Positions 10,080 to 18,934 of a DNA stretch of 64,000 nt are shown here, piece by piece. This DNA comes from an uncultured Bacteroidales bacterium. Its GTDB lineage: Bacteria; Bacteroidota; Bacteroidia; Bacteroidales; VadinHA17. The translations under genes were made by a program, and so were the position numbers. Positions within the stretch are counted from its first letter, which is position 1; the number at the start of each line of letters is the position of its first letter. Where the stretch lies: assembly GCA_963823065.1 (NCBI GenBank), contig CAWGJX010000004.1, positions 192,139 to 256,138 on the forward strand. Reading direction: 5' to 3'. The notes under the pieces were generated by a model, which saw nothing but the letters and a program-made list of their open reading frames with translations, was not told the DNA's origin and made no database searches.

Positions 10080-12041
10080 ATGAAATATAAAGTATCTGCG
10101 CTTTCTTGTCTCATGCTCTTTATTGGTATTATATCGTGCAGAAAAGAGGCAACTTCGAATATAAATGCAGGACTTGTTCAGTTGGTCAGCGTTAAAATAG
10201 GACCTTCTACCCTGAGTGCTGACAGCACTATAAAAAACGTACCCGCTGATCAACCAATCCAATTTGCATTCACAAGTGCTGTGGATACCAATTCCATTCT
10301 TAAGGTTATTACTCTTAAAAATTCTCTCGGGGTTGTCACTTCTTATAAGTACTCATCAACAACCAATTCCACAGTTCTTATTATCACTCCGTCTCAAATA
10401 TTACAGTATTCCACCGATTATGACCTGACTATCTCTTCTGCATTTCGGGGAACAAAAGGCGAAACTTTCCCTGGAATCCAGTTTAAATTTACTACTGTCC
10501 GGGGTTCAATGATAATTGATTCAATAAGTCTCAATGGAAAAGCGGTGACAAGTACACTTTTACAAAACATCGATCCTAAAACTATCAACTTTAAAGTTAC
10601 CTTTTCACAAGCTCTGGATCCTGCAAATTATAAGTCGTCACTATCATTTACTGGTCCACCTTTGTCCTTCACACTTTCCAGCGATAATAAAACATTTATG
10701 GCAACGAATACGGTGAAGGCAAAAGGACTTACGAAGTATTCATTTTCAATTTCCTCTGCATTGACCTCGGCAGGCGGCTATTCTTTCGCTGGTTTTTCTT
10801 CTTCATTTTATACGATGGTCGATTCGACATATCAATTCGCTCAGATAACAGATGATGACCTGCTGACACTCGTGCAACAACAAACCTTTAAATATTTCTG
10901 GGATTTTGGACATCCTTCCAGCGGTATGGCCCGCGAGAGGAATTCTTCAGGCGATGTGGTTACAACCGGCGGTTCCGGATTTGGCATTATGGCTATGATT
11001 GTGGGTATGGAACGAGGATTCATTTCAAGGGCAGACGGTTTAACGAGACTCGATAAAATCCTTAGTTTTTTAGAAACATGTGACCGTTTTCATGGGGTAT
11101 GGCCACACTGGCTAAATGGTGTAACAGGAAAAACAGTACCTTTTAGCGCTACTGACAATGGAGGGGATATCGTTGAGACTTCCTATATGATACAAGGCTT
11201 ACTATGCATGAGACAATACCTCGATTCCACAGTAGTCGCAGAGAAAACAGAAATCAACCGGATCAATAATTTATTCCATTCAGTTGAGTTTGATTGGTTT
11301 ACAAATGGTCAGAAAACTCTTTACTGGGAATGGTCACCTGATTTTGGGTACAACCTAAAAGTCCAGGGTTACAATGAGACCCTCATCACATACGTAATTG
11401 CAGCCTCATCGCCAACTCATTCCATTACAGCAGATACTTACACCACAGGTTATGCAAATAACGGAGGTATCAAAAATGGGAAAAGCTATTACGGATACGT
11501 TTTGCCTCTGGGGCAAGACTATGGCGGACCATTATTTTTTACTCAATATTCATTTCTTGGCATCGATCCCCGTCATCTCAAAGACCAATATGCTGATTAT
11601 TGGGAACAGAATGTGAATCAATCTCTGATAAATTGGGCCTATTGCCAGGCAAATCCCCAAAAGTACCCGGGTTATGGACCAGGTATCTGGGGTCTGACTG
11701 CTTCCGACAACCCATCGGGATATAGTGCACAATCCCCTACAAATGACCTCGGGGTAATAACACCAACAGCTGCCATTTCATCAATTGTATATACTCCCGT
11801 CAACTCGCTGAATGCTTTAAAAACAGATTACTATTTTCTTGGAGACCATCTATGGGGTAATTATGGCTTTTTCGATGCTTTTGATGTGAAGGCAGGCTGG
11901 TGGGCAAATTCAACTCTGGCAATAGATCAGGGCCCAATAATTTGTATGATTGAAAATTACAGGACAGGACTTCTCTGGAATTTATTTATGTCAGCTCCTG
12001 AAGTACGAACCGGGTTGACGAAACTTGGCTTTACATATTAA
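10080..12041 (+). CDS. lipoprotein with two N-terminal Ig-like (Big_5) domains fused to a GH144-like (Pfam Glycoamylase, endo-beta-1,2-glucanase family) catalytic domain
   Basis: Lipobox IGIISCRKE. The C-terminal ~430 aa carry FWDFGHPSSGMARER, GGSGFGIMAMIVG, DRFHGVWPHW, GGDIVETSYMIQGLL, WGLTASD and AIDQGPIICMIENYRTGLLW. I recognise this family from memory and did not search it. Confidence 0.65.
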   Translation: MKYKVSALSCLMLFIGIISCRKEATSNINAGLVQLVSVKIGPSTLSADSTIKNVPADQPIQFAFTSAVDTNSILKVITLKNSLGVVTSYKYSSTTNSTVLIITPSQILQYSTDYDLTISSAFRGTKGETFPGIQFKFTTVRGSMIIDSISLNGKAVTSTLLQNIDPKTINFKVTFSQALDPANYKSSLSFTGPPLSFTLSSDNKTFMATNTVKAKGLTKYSFSISSALTSAGGYSFAGFSSSFYTMVDSTYQFAQITDDDLLTLVQQQTFKYFWDFGHPSSGMARERNSSGDVVTTGGSGFGIMAMIVGMERGFISRADGLTRLDKILSFLETCDRFHGVWPHWLNGVTGKTVPFSATDNGGDIVETSYMIQGLLCMRQYLDSTVVAEKTEINRINNLFHSVEFDWFTNGQKTLYWEWSPDFGYNLKVQGYNETLITYVIAASSPTHSITADTYTTGYANNGGIKNGKSYYGYVLPLGQDYGGPLFFTQYSFLGIDPRHLKDQYADYWEQNVNQSLINWAYCQANPQKYPGYGPGIWGLTASDNPSGYSAQSPTNDLGVITPTAAISSIVYTPVNSLNALKTDYYFLGDHLWGNYGFFDAFDVKAGWWANSTLAIDQGPIICMIENYRTGLLWNLFMSAPEVRTGLTKLGFTY

Positions 12042-12046
12042 TCGCA

Positions 12047-13411
12047 ATGAAAAAACTTTGGTCATTTACTCTGTTATCTCTCATTCTTGTAAGTGTAAAC
12101 TGTTACGCCGGAAGCGGATACAAAAAAACGGGCAAAAACAGTCAGACTGAATTTAAATCGATCTCGGATGATTCACTTCTCACACTGGTTCAATACAGGA
12201 CCTTCAGATACTTTTGGGACGGGGCTGAGCCCAATTCCGGAATGGCCCGAGAACGCTATAATGAAGACGGAATATATCCTGAAAATGATAAGAACGTAGT
12301 AACTTCAGGCGGAAGCGGTTTTGGTCTGATGGCAATACTGGTTGGTATTGAACGAGGATTTATTACAAAGGAAGAAGGAATCGCACGGTTTTCGAAAATT
12401 GTTGAGTTTCTGAAACGAGCTGACAGATTCCATGGTGCTTGGCCACATTGGATCTACGGCGAAACAGGAAAGGTAAAACCGTTCAGCCCTAAGGATGATG
12501 GTGCTGATATAGTTGAGACTGCTTACCTGATGCAGGGATTACTTTCTGTCAGACAATATTATATAAATGGTTCAGAACGAGGAAAGTTGCTTGCCTCAAA
12601 GATAGACAGCTTATGGAGAGGAGTTCAATGGAACTGGTTTACAAAAGGAGGGGAGGATGTCCTATACTGGCACTGGTCTCCTGATTTTGGTTGGGCAATG
12701 AACTTTCCGGTTGAAGGATATAATGAATGTTTAATTTTGTACATCCTGGCTGCATCGTCGCCTACTTACCCCATTAAACCCGAGGTTTACCATAAGGGTT
12801 GGGCCCGTTCAGGAGCCATAACTACACATTCTGGCATGTACGGATACGTTCTTTCACTAAAGCATAATGGAGCTGAGGAATACGGGGGACCACTTTTCTG
12901 GGCGCAATATTCATATCTTGGTCTTGACCCACGGTTCCTGAAAGATGAATATGCAGATTACTGGATTGAGAACAAGAATCAGACTCTCATTAATTGGACA
13001 TGGTGTTCCCTTAATCCTGACCATTTTGCGGGTTATAGTGAAGATTGCTGGGGTCTCACGGCCTCCTATTCTATGAAAGGGTATTTTGCGCACTCTCCGG
13101 GAAGCACTACTGATCTTGGTGTAATTTCTCCTACTGCTGCTATTTCTTCAATGCCTTATACCCCTGATCAATCGATGAATGCCCTGAAATATTTTTATTA
13201 TACTATGGGATCGAAAATATGGGGCGAGTATGGGTTCTATGATGCTTTCAGTGAGCAGAATAGTTGGTATCCTGAGAAATATCTTGCTATTGATCAGGGC
13301 CCTGAAGTGGTTATGATTGAGAATTACAGAACCGGGCTGCTATGGAGTCTGTTCATGTCTGCCCCTGAGGTTAAGAATGGCTTAAATCTCTTAGGTTTTA
13401 CATCAAATTGA
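12047..13411 (+). CDS. secreted GH144-like glycoside hydrolase (paralog of the previous gene, without Ig domains)
   Basis: Same conserved blocks as 10080-12041 (FWDGAEPNSGMARER, GGSGFGLMAILVG, DRFHGAWPHW, GADIVETAYLMQGLL, WGLTAS, AIDQGPEVVMIENYRTGLLW), plus a signal peptide. Confidence 0.65.
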   Translation: MKKLWSFTLLSLILVSVNCYAGSGYKKTGKNSQTEFKSISDDSLLTLVQYRTFRYFWDGAEPNSGMARERYNEDGIYPENDKNVVTSGGSGFGLMAILVGIERGFITKEEGIARFSKIVEFLKRADRFHGAWPHWIYGETGKVKPFSPKDDGADIVETAYLMQGLLSVRQYYINGSERGKLLASKIDSLWRGVQWNWFTKGGEDVLYWHWSPDFGWAMNFPVEGYNECLILYILAASSPTYPIKPEVYHKGWARSGAITTHSGMYGYVLSLKHNGAEEYGGPLFWAQYSYLGLDPRFLKDEYADYWIENKNQTLINWTWCSLNPDHFAGYSEDCWGLTASYSMKGYFAHSPGSTTDLGVISPTAAISSMPYTPDQSMNALKYFYYTMGSKIWGEYGFYDAFSEQNSWYPEKYLAIDQGPEVVMIENYRTGLLWSLFMSAPEVKNGLNLLGFTSN

Positions 13412-13489
13412 AAAGGTTTTAGGATGGTTTATTTTTGCACTATAGTTAAGAAAAATTGATTTAACTGTTGTTATATTCCGTAATTTTAA

Positions 13490-13497
13490 TATCTTTG
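13490..13497 (+). promoter_or_regulatory. candidate -7 box TATCTTTG upstream of the helical lipoprotein gene
   Basis: Exact TAnnTTTG match, 80 nt before the ATG at 13578. A second match, TATTTTTG, is at 13430-13437. Confidence 0.3.
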
Positions 13498-13577
13498 CCC
13501 CGTAATTTTAAAGTGAAACGATTATCTATAAATAGATCGGTTGAATAAATAAACAAAGTATTAAAAAGGTTAGAAAA

Positions 13578-14222
13578 ATGAAGAACAAAGTTTTAATGGG
13601 TTTAGCAGCTATCGCAATGGTTGCTTTCCTTTCTAGTTGTGGAAAAGTTCCACAGGCAAAAGTAGATGCTACTAATGCAGCCATCACAGCTGCACAGACT
13701 GCTGAAGCAGCTGTTTATGTACCGGCTGAATTTACAGCTGTACAGGATTCAATGAATGCTATTAACGCTGCAATTGAAGTTCAGAAATCAAAATTATTCA
13801 AGAAATTCGGACCTATCGAAGTTAAATTGGATGCCACACTTGCACAGGCAAACAAAGTAGCTTCTGATGCAACGGCTAAGAAAGATGAAGTTAAGAAAGA
13901 AGTAGAAACAACAATGGCTGCAGTTAAAGCTACTGTTGAAGAAAACGGAACTCTTATGAAAAAAGCTCCAAGAGGAAAAGAAGGGGCTGCAGTTCTTGAA
14001 GCAATGAAAACTGATATGGCAGCAATTGAAGCTACTATAACTGAAGCTCAGGGTTTGTATGACAAAGGTTCCTACATGGATGCTCTGAACAAAATTAAAG
14101 CAGCAAGCGAAAAAGCAAACGGTATTAATACCGAATTGAAGGATGCTATTGAAAAAGTTCATGGCAAAACCGCAACAAAACCAGCTGCAACAAAACCAGC
14201 TGCTGCACCAAAGAAAAAATAA
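13578..14222 (+). CDS. Ala/Lys-rich all-helical lipoprotein (DUF4398-like by eye) with a KPAAT repeat tail
   Basis: Lipobox AFLSSCGK, helical low-complexity repeats (AAITAAQTAEAAVYVPAEFTAVQDS...), and a C-terminal tail ATKPAATKPAAAPKKK. A strong terminator follows. Confidence 0.5.
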   Translation: MKNKVLMGLAAIAMVAFLSSCGKVPQAKVDATNAAITAAQTAEAAVYVPAEFTAVQDSMNAINAAIEVQKSKLFKKFGPIEVKLDATLAQANKVASDATAKKDEVKKEVETTMAAVKATVEENGTLMKKAPRGKEGAAVLEAMKTDMAAIEATITEAQGLYDKGSYMDALNKIKAASEKANGINTELKDAIEKVHGKTATKPAATKPAAAPKKK

Positions 14223-14250
14223 ATAATAAGTATTAACTTATTTATATGAG

Positions 14251-14279
14251 ATCCCCGGGAAGTTCCCGGGGATTTTTTT
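14251..14279 (+). terminator. intrinsic terminator
   Basis: Perfect 10-bp stem ATCCCCGGGA / TCCCGGGGAT, a 3-nt loop, then TTTTTT. Confidence 0.8.
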
Positions 14280-14301
14280 AAAATCGTCACGGGTGTTTCA
14301 C

Positions 14302-15414
14302 ATGAGAAAGAATTGGAGAGATGTGTTGATTTTTTCTGCAATTGCAGTTTCAATTCCGTTAATATTCCTTTTATTAATTCGATTTACCCCTAAACCACCG
14401 GTACGTAAGGTGGAAAATGCCAGGATAATTCTATCTAAAGCAGGAACAAGTAAAGCAGATACTTATTCTAAAAAACTTTTTGCCGAGGCAAGGATCTATT
14501 ATGATTCGGCAATGATTAGCTGGAAGAAAGAAAATAAAAGATTTATTTATTTCAGGAATTATGATAAGGTCCTCAGGTTTGCTGAACTATCAGCAAAAAA
14601 AGCCGGTATGGCTAATGATAGTTCTATAAGCAGTGAATCGGACCTTAAAATAAGACTAAGGCAAAAAATTGACACACTTAATGATTTGGTGACGCAAATT
14701 GATGCCCTTTTCGAAACTTATCCCCTGACTTCGGAGGTACGTAACCGGATCTCAAAAGGAAAAATATTACTGGAAGAAGGAAAGATTATTTTTACTAAAG
14801 GTCAGTTCGTCCAGGCAAGCAGGAAGATTAATGATTCAGAATATCTGCTTACCGGTTCATACGAAAACGCATCGGAAAATCTTAAAAATTATTTTAAATC
14901 ATTTCCTGTTTGGACCAAATGGGTTAATTTGACATTAAATGATTCTAAAAAAAATAATGATTTCTCAATAATTATTGATAAATTTTCACGTAAATTTTTT
15001 ATTTACCGCAATGGTGCCCAGAAATACGTGTTTGAGGCTGAATTAGGTAAGAACTGGGTTGGAAATAAGAGAGTCAGGGGTGATAATGCAACTCCTGAAG
15101 GAATGTACAAGATTACTAAAAAGTTCGACAGCAATAAAACAAAGTACTATAAAGCTCTTTTAATTGATTATCCCAATGATGAGGATTTGCGAAAATTCAA
15201 AGCTGAGGTGTCAAAAGGATCACTTCCTAACACTGCAAAAATAGGTGGTCTGATAGAGATTCATGGCAACGGAGGGAAAGGAATTGACTGGACCGAGGGA
15301 TGTATTGCTCTTACTGATTCTGAAATGGATATTGTATTTAAGATTGTAAAAGTTGGTACACCTGTTACAATTGTAGGATCAATGGTTAATTTGAAGGAAA
15401 TAGTGAATAAGTAA
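14302..15414 (+). CDS. membrane-anchored L,D-transpeptidase (YkuD domain) with a helical N-terminal region
   Basis: N-terminal TM helix (VLIFSAIAVSIPLIFLLLI). YkuD catalytic motif IEIHGNGGKGIDWTEGCIALTDSEMDIVF near the C-terminus. The track ORF opens at a GTG at 14293; the ATG at 14302 is more likely. Confidence 0.8.
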   Translation: MRKNWRDVLIFSAIAVSIPLIFLLLIRFTPKPPVRKVENARIILSKAGTSKADTYSKKLFAEARIYYDSAMISWKKENKRFIYFRNYDKVLRFAELSAKKAGMANDSSISSESDLKIRLRQKIDTLNDLVTQIDALFETYPLTSEVRNRISKGKILLEEGKIIFTKGQFVQASRKINDSEYLLTGSYENASENLKNYFKSFPVWTKWVNLTLNDSKKNNDFSIIIDKFSRKFFIYRNGAQKYVFEAELGKNWVGNKRVRGDNATPEGMYKITKKFDSNKTKYYKALLIDYPNDEDLRKFKAEVSKGSLPNTAKIGGLIEIHGNGGKGIDWTEGCIALTDSEMDIVFKIVKVGTPVTIVGSMVNLKEIVNK

Positions 15415-15424
15415 ATTGTCTGAT

Positions 15425-16219
15425 ATGGAAAACGAGAATATAATACCCGGGAGTACTCAACCTAAACCTGAACCTGACTCAATTCTTGCAAATGTTGATG
15501 CAAAAAAAACAGATTCTGCGCCAACACCTGTAGTGAATACCGGTATTGGAAGATTTTTACGGGGGGTCGCAATATTCTTTGGCACTGTTATATTTATACT
15601 GGCCATGGCGTTCTTTATCGTATATCTTGTTCCTGTTCTCAACGAAATTCTGCCGGGTAAAAAGTCTGAAATTGTTAAAAATACGGAACTAAAGAATTCT
15701 GCTGATTATAAGAAACAGTTGAGCATGCTCAATAAGGATATCCAGCGTTTTACTTTGAAATCTAATGGATATACCTCGGGGCAGTCATATATTGTTGTAA
15801 ATACTACGGAAAACAGGTTTTATCTTTATACAAACAAGAAGCTTATCAGAGAAGGTTTCTGCAGTACAGGAAGTTTAATGATGCTCAAAACTGATAAAGG
15901 GAAAGTCTGGGTATTTAAAACACCAAGGGGAAAACGGACGATTCAGGGGAAAATAGCTAATCCTTCATGGAAAAGGCCCGACTGGTCATTTATTGAAGAA
16001 GGTTCACCTGTTCCACCGAAGGATGACCCATCGCGATGGGAATCAGGTGTGTTGGGCGATTATGCACTTGGTATCGGCGACGGATACCTCATACACGGGA
16101 CAATCTATAAACGTTTTCTTGGAATGCCCGTAACGCACGGTTGCGTAAGGCTTAATGATGCTGATCTGAAAGTAATATTCAATACCCTGAATGTCGGATC
16201 GAAAGTTTATATTTTCTGA
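15425..16219 (+). CDS. membrane-anchored L,D-transpeptidase (YkuD domain)
   Basis: TM helix (VAIFFGTVIFILAMAFFIVYLV) and YkuD motif YLIHGTIYKRFLGMPVTHGCVRLNDADLKVIF. The track ORF opens at a TTG at 15416; an ATG is at 15425. Confidence 0.8.
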   Translation: MENENIIPGSTQPKPEPDSILANVDAKKTDSAPTPVVNTGIGRFLRGVAIFFGTVIFILAMAFFIVYLVPVLNEILPGKKSEIVKNTELKNSADYKKQLSMLNKDIQRFTLKSNGYTSGQSYIVVNTTENRFYLYTNKKLIREGFCSTGSLMMLKTDKGKVWVFKTPRGKRTIQGKIANPSWKRPDWSFIEEGSPVPPKDDPSRWESGVLGDYALGIGDGYLIHGTIYKRFLGMPVTHGCVRLNDADLKVIFNTLNVGSKVYIF

Positions 16220-16293
16220 TCTTATTTAATGCAATATGGAAACTGAAGTCAAGAAGTCTAATTTTAAAACAACTTTCATAGTTCTGATAAGCA

Positions 16294-17028
16294 TTGTTTT
16301 GGCGTTTGCAATTTATTATTCTATTATGTCAATGCTTAGTCCGGAAAGGAAACTTGAACGAGATAAAAAGTGAATTCATCGGTAAAGCTTCTGAAAAAAA
16401 TGAAAACGAACAGCAGATACTAACTGATTCGACATATCTTAAACTTCTGAAAGAAAAAGCGTTCCTTCAGTCCAGACTTGCAATGGCTCAAACCGATTCA
16501 ATTTATCTCAGTATAAATCTGGAAGACAGCACTATTAATCTTGAGATAAGCGGGGTGGTAGTACATAAAGCTAAGATAAACAGCTTTCAAATAAGTAAGA
16601 TTCTTTCAGGAAGTGATTATTCGATATTATCGATGTTGTCAACACCATTTATAATATCAAGTTCGATTGCAACTATTAAAAAAGAACCGGTAATGCTCAA
16701 AATGGCACCTAAAGATACGTCAGAATATAAACCGGACATCATGCCCGACACCTCTATTGCCGAGCCGGTAAATTATATTCTTGAGCTGAACCATGGAATC
16801 AGAATCTATGTTTATCAGGCAGATAAAACAAAATTCGTTGACAAGATGAGTCAGTTTAAGTTTGATTTAAAAGACCGCCTTAACAATATATGGAGTTCAT
16901 TAAAGAGCATTGTTGTGCTGAAAGTACCCGAATATCATCCTTTTATCAGAATAAAACTGCTCAGGACAGATGCAAAAATAATATACAGGGCTATACCAAA
17001 AAATGGGCAGATTGCAGTTCTTACCTGA
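16294..17028 (+). CDS. hypothetical protein; probably the downstream part of a membrane-anchored protein split by a 1-nt frameshift (see findings)
   Basis: Track ORF with a TTG start. An upstream 45-codon ORF (16236-16373) encodes a plausible N-terminal TM anchor in another frame and ends at an A5 run. Confidence 0.5.
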   Translation: MFWRLQFIILLCQCLVRKGNLNEIKSEFIGKASEKNENEQQILTDSTYLKLLKEKAFLQSRLAMAQTDSIYLSINLEDSTINLEISGVVVHKAKINSFQISKILSGSDYSILSMLSTPFIISSSIATIKKEPVMLKMAPKDTSEYKPDIMPDTSIAEPVNYILELNHGIRIYVYQADKTKFVDKMSQFKFDLKDRLNNIWSSLKSIVVLKVPEYHPFIRIKLLRTDAKIIYRAIPKNGQIAVLT

Positions 17029-17095
17029 AGAAATATGTAAACCACTTTTAATTATATTTTATTGTTCTTAAACTAATAGTCTAATCTCTGAAAGA

Positions 17096-17482
17096 ATGAA
17101 AAAAATCATCTGTCGTTCATTGTTGAATACAGCTGTCTTAACGCTTGTTCTCCTCTTTGTGAACCTATCAGCTAAAGGCCAGGATAATGCAAAATTGGTT
17201 GCCTCTTTTCCTGATAATGTAAATAAAATTATTTCTACATCCTGCACTCCTTGTCATACCGATAAAGGTGGAACAATGTCAAAATCCAAATTAAATTTTT
17301 CAGCCTGGGAAAAATATTCGCCTGAAAAGCAGAATGAAAAGGCTAAAAAGATGTACTCCGAACTGGATAAAGGTAAAATGCCTCCTAAAGCTGCAAGGCA
17401 AAAAAGACCAGACCTGATTCCAACTGCAGAACAGGTAGCAATCATAAAGAAGTGGTCAGAGACCTACTCTGCGAATAAATAG
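17096..17482 (+). CDS. small secreted haem-binding-domain protein (single CxxCH)
   Basis: Signal peptide, CTPCH haem c motif, and a downstream GKMPP...IKKW pattern that I associate with the Haem_bd (PF14376-like) family. Confidence 0.55.
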   Translation: MKKIICRSLLNTAVLTLVLLFVNLSAKGQDNAKLVASFPDNVNKIISTSCTPCHTDKGGTMSKSKLNFSAWEKYSPEKQNEKAKKMYSELDKGKMPPKAARQKRPDLIPTAEQVAIIKKWSETYSANK

Positions 17483-17604
17483 AGAATATCAAATAAACTG
17501 TTATCGTACAACCTATTCTCAATGTTGGTTATTTCAGAAGTTACTTTCTTTTGAAACGGTAATGCTTTTTCCCTTAATCCTTCGTTAATTTTCAAAAAAA
17601 AATG

Positions 17605-17612
17605 TAGGTTTG
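17605..17612 (+). promoter_or_regulatory. candidate -7 box TAGGTTTG upstream of the nucleoside transporter gene
   Basis: Exact TAnnTTTG match, 33 nt before the ATG at 17645. Confidence 0.35.
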
Positions 17613-17644
17613 AAATCTACACTTTTAATTAACCAAATTGAAAA

Positions 17645-18922
17645 ATGGGAAGATTTACTGGCGTCATAGGAATCATTGTTATTCTGGGACTTGCATTTCT
17701 ATGGTCAAATAACAGAAGAAAAATTAATTACCGCGTTGTAATTGTTGGTCTCCTTTTACAAATAACACTTGCGATTTTTATTCTGAAAGTCCCAATCGGG
17801 CGGGAGATATTTTTCTGGCTGGGCAAGGGTATTAATAAAATTCTTGACTTCTCTATGGTAGGTGGTCTTTTTGTTTTTGGCGATCTTACTAAAGTAACGC
17901 AGATACTTCCCGAGGGAATTGTAAGAAGCGGCGTATTCCTTTTCATTCTGTTACCCACAATTATTTTTGTTTGTGTACTTGTTGCAATAGCATATCATAT
18001 CGGTCTGATGCAAAGAGTAATAGCAGTAATCGCCCGATTCGTACATTGGGCAATGAGGGTGAGCGGAAGCGAGGCATTATCGAATGTGGCAAGTGCCTTC
18101 GTAGGCCAGGTCGAGGCCCAGATAATGATTCGGCCATACCTGTCGGGAATGACAATGTCTGAATTGCTGGCCTCAATGACAGGAAGTATGGCCTGTATAG
18201 CGGGTGGCGTGATGGCAGTCTACATATCAATGGGTGTGCCGGCTTCCTACCTGCTGGCTGCAAGCCTCATGGCCGCTCCGGGGGCTCTGGTTATTGCAAA
18301 AATAGTATACCCCGAGACTGAAGAATCTGAAACCCAGGGAACTGTAAAGCTTGAAGTTAAACAAGAATATTCAAATATTATGGATGCTATCTCCCATGGC
18401 GCCAGTGATGGAATGAAAATATCAATAAATGTCATTGCAATGCTAATTGGAGTTATTGCATTGATAGCCCTGCTGGATGCACTTCTTGGATATTTCGGAC
18501 ATTTTCTTTCATGGACCGGATTGTCGCTTAATGCATTGGGTCTGAACGTAGATAATCTTCGTCTGAAAGATGTAGTGGGAGCCTTTTTCAGCCTCTTTGC
18601 AGTGGTCATGGGGGTTCCTCCATCCGAATCATTACATGTAGGTTCTCTTTTGGGAACTAAAATGGTAATAAATGAATTTGTAGCATATTCCGATCTTACT
18701 CCCATGATCCATCAGGGATTGTTAAGTGCAAAATCAGTTGTAATTGCCAGTTTTGCGTTATGCGGTTTTGCAAACTTCAGTTCAATAGCTATCCAGCTAG
18801 GTGGTATTGGAGTATTGGTGCCAAACCGTAAAGCCGACCTTGCGCGACTTGGCTTCAAAGCGATGCTCTGCGGAACAATGGCTTCATATATTTCAGCTTC
18901 ACTGGCCGGGATACTTCTTTGA
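17645..18922 (+). CDS. NupC/CNT-family nucleoside transporter
   Basis: 425-aa polytopic membrane protein with CNT-type blocks (GSEALSNVASAFVGQVEAQIMIRPYL, NEFVAYSDL, CGFANFSSIAIQLGGIG). Confidence 0.85.
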   Translation: MGRFTGVIGIIVILGLAFLWSNNRRKINYRVVIVGLLLQITLAIFILKVPIGREIFFWLGKGINKILDFSMVGGLFVFGDLTKVTQILPEGIVRSGVFLFILLPTIIFVCVLVAIAYHIGLMQRVIAVIARFVHWAMRVSGSEALSNVASAFVGQVEAQIMIRPYLSGMTMSELLASMTGSMACIAGGVMAVYISMGVPASYLLAASLMAAPGALVIAKIVYPETEESETQGTVKLEVKQEYSNIMDAISHGASDGMKISINVIAMLIGVIALIALLDALLGYFGHFLSWTGLSLNALGLNVDNLRLKDVVGAFFSLFAVVMGVPPSESLHVGSLLGTKMVINEFVAYSDLTPMIHQGLLSAKSVVIASFALCGFANFSSIAIQLGGIGVLVPNRKADLARLGFKAMLCGTMASYISASLAGILL

Positions 18923-18934
18923 AAAAATTGAACT

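Noticed and set aside
13578-14222. Antisense 122-aa ORF 13794-14162 and the possibility that the Ala/Lys-rich gene is non-coding
   Set aside because: The plus-strand ORF has a lipoprotein signal peptide, a strong terminator and a candidate promoter. The antisense ORF is Phe/Cys/Ser-rich low complexity.
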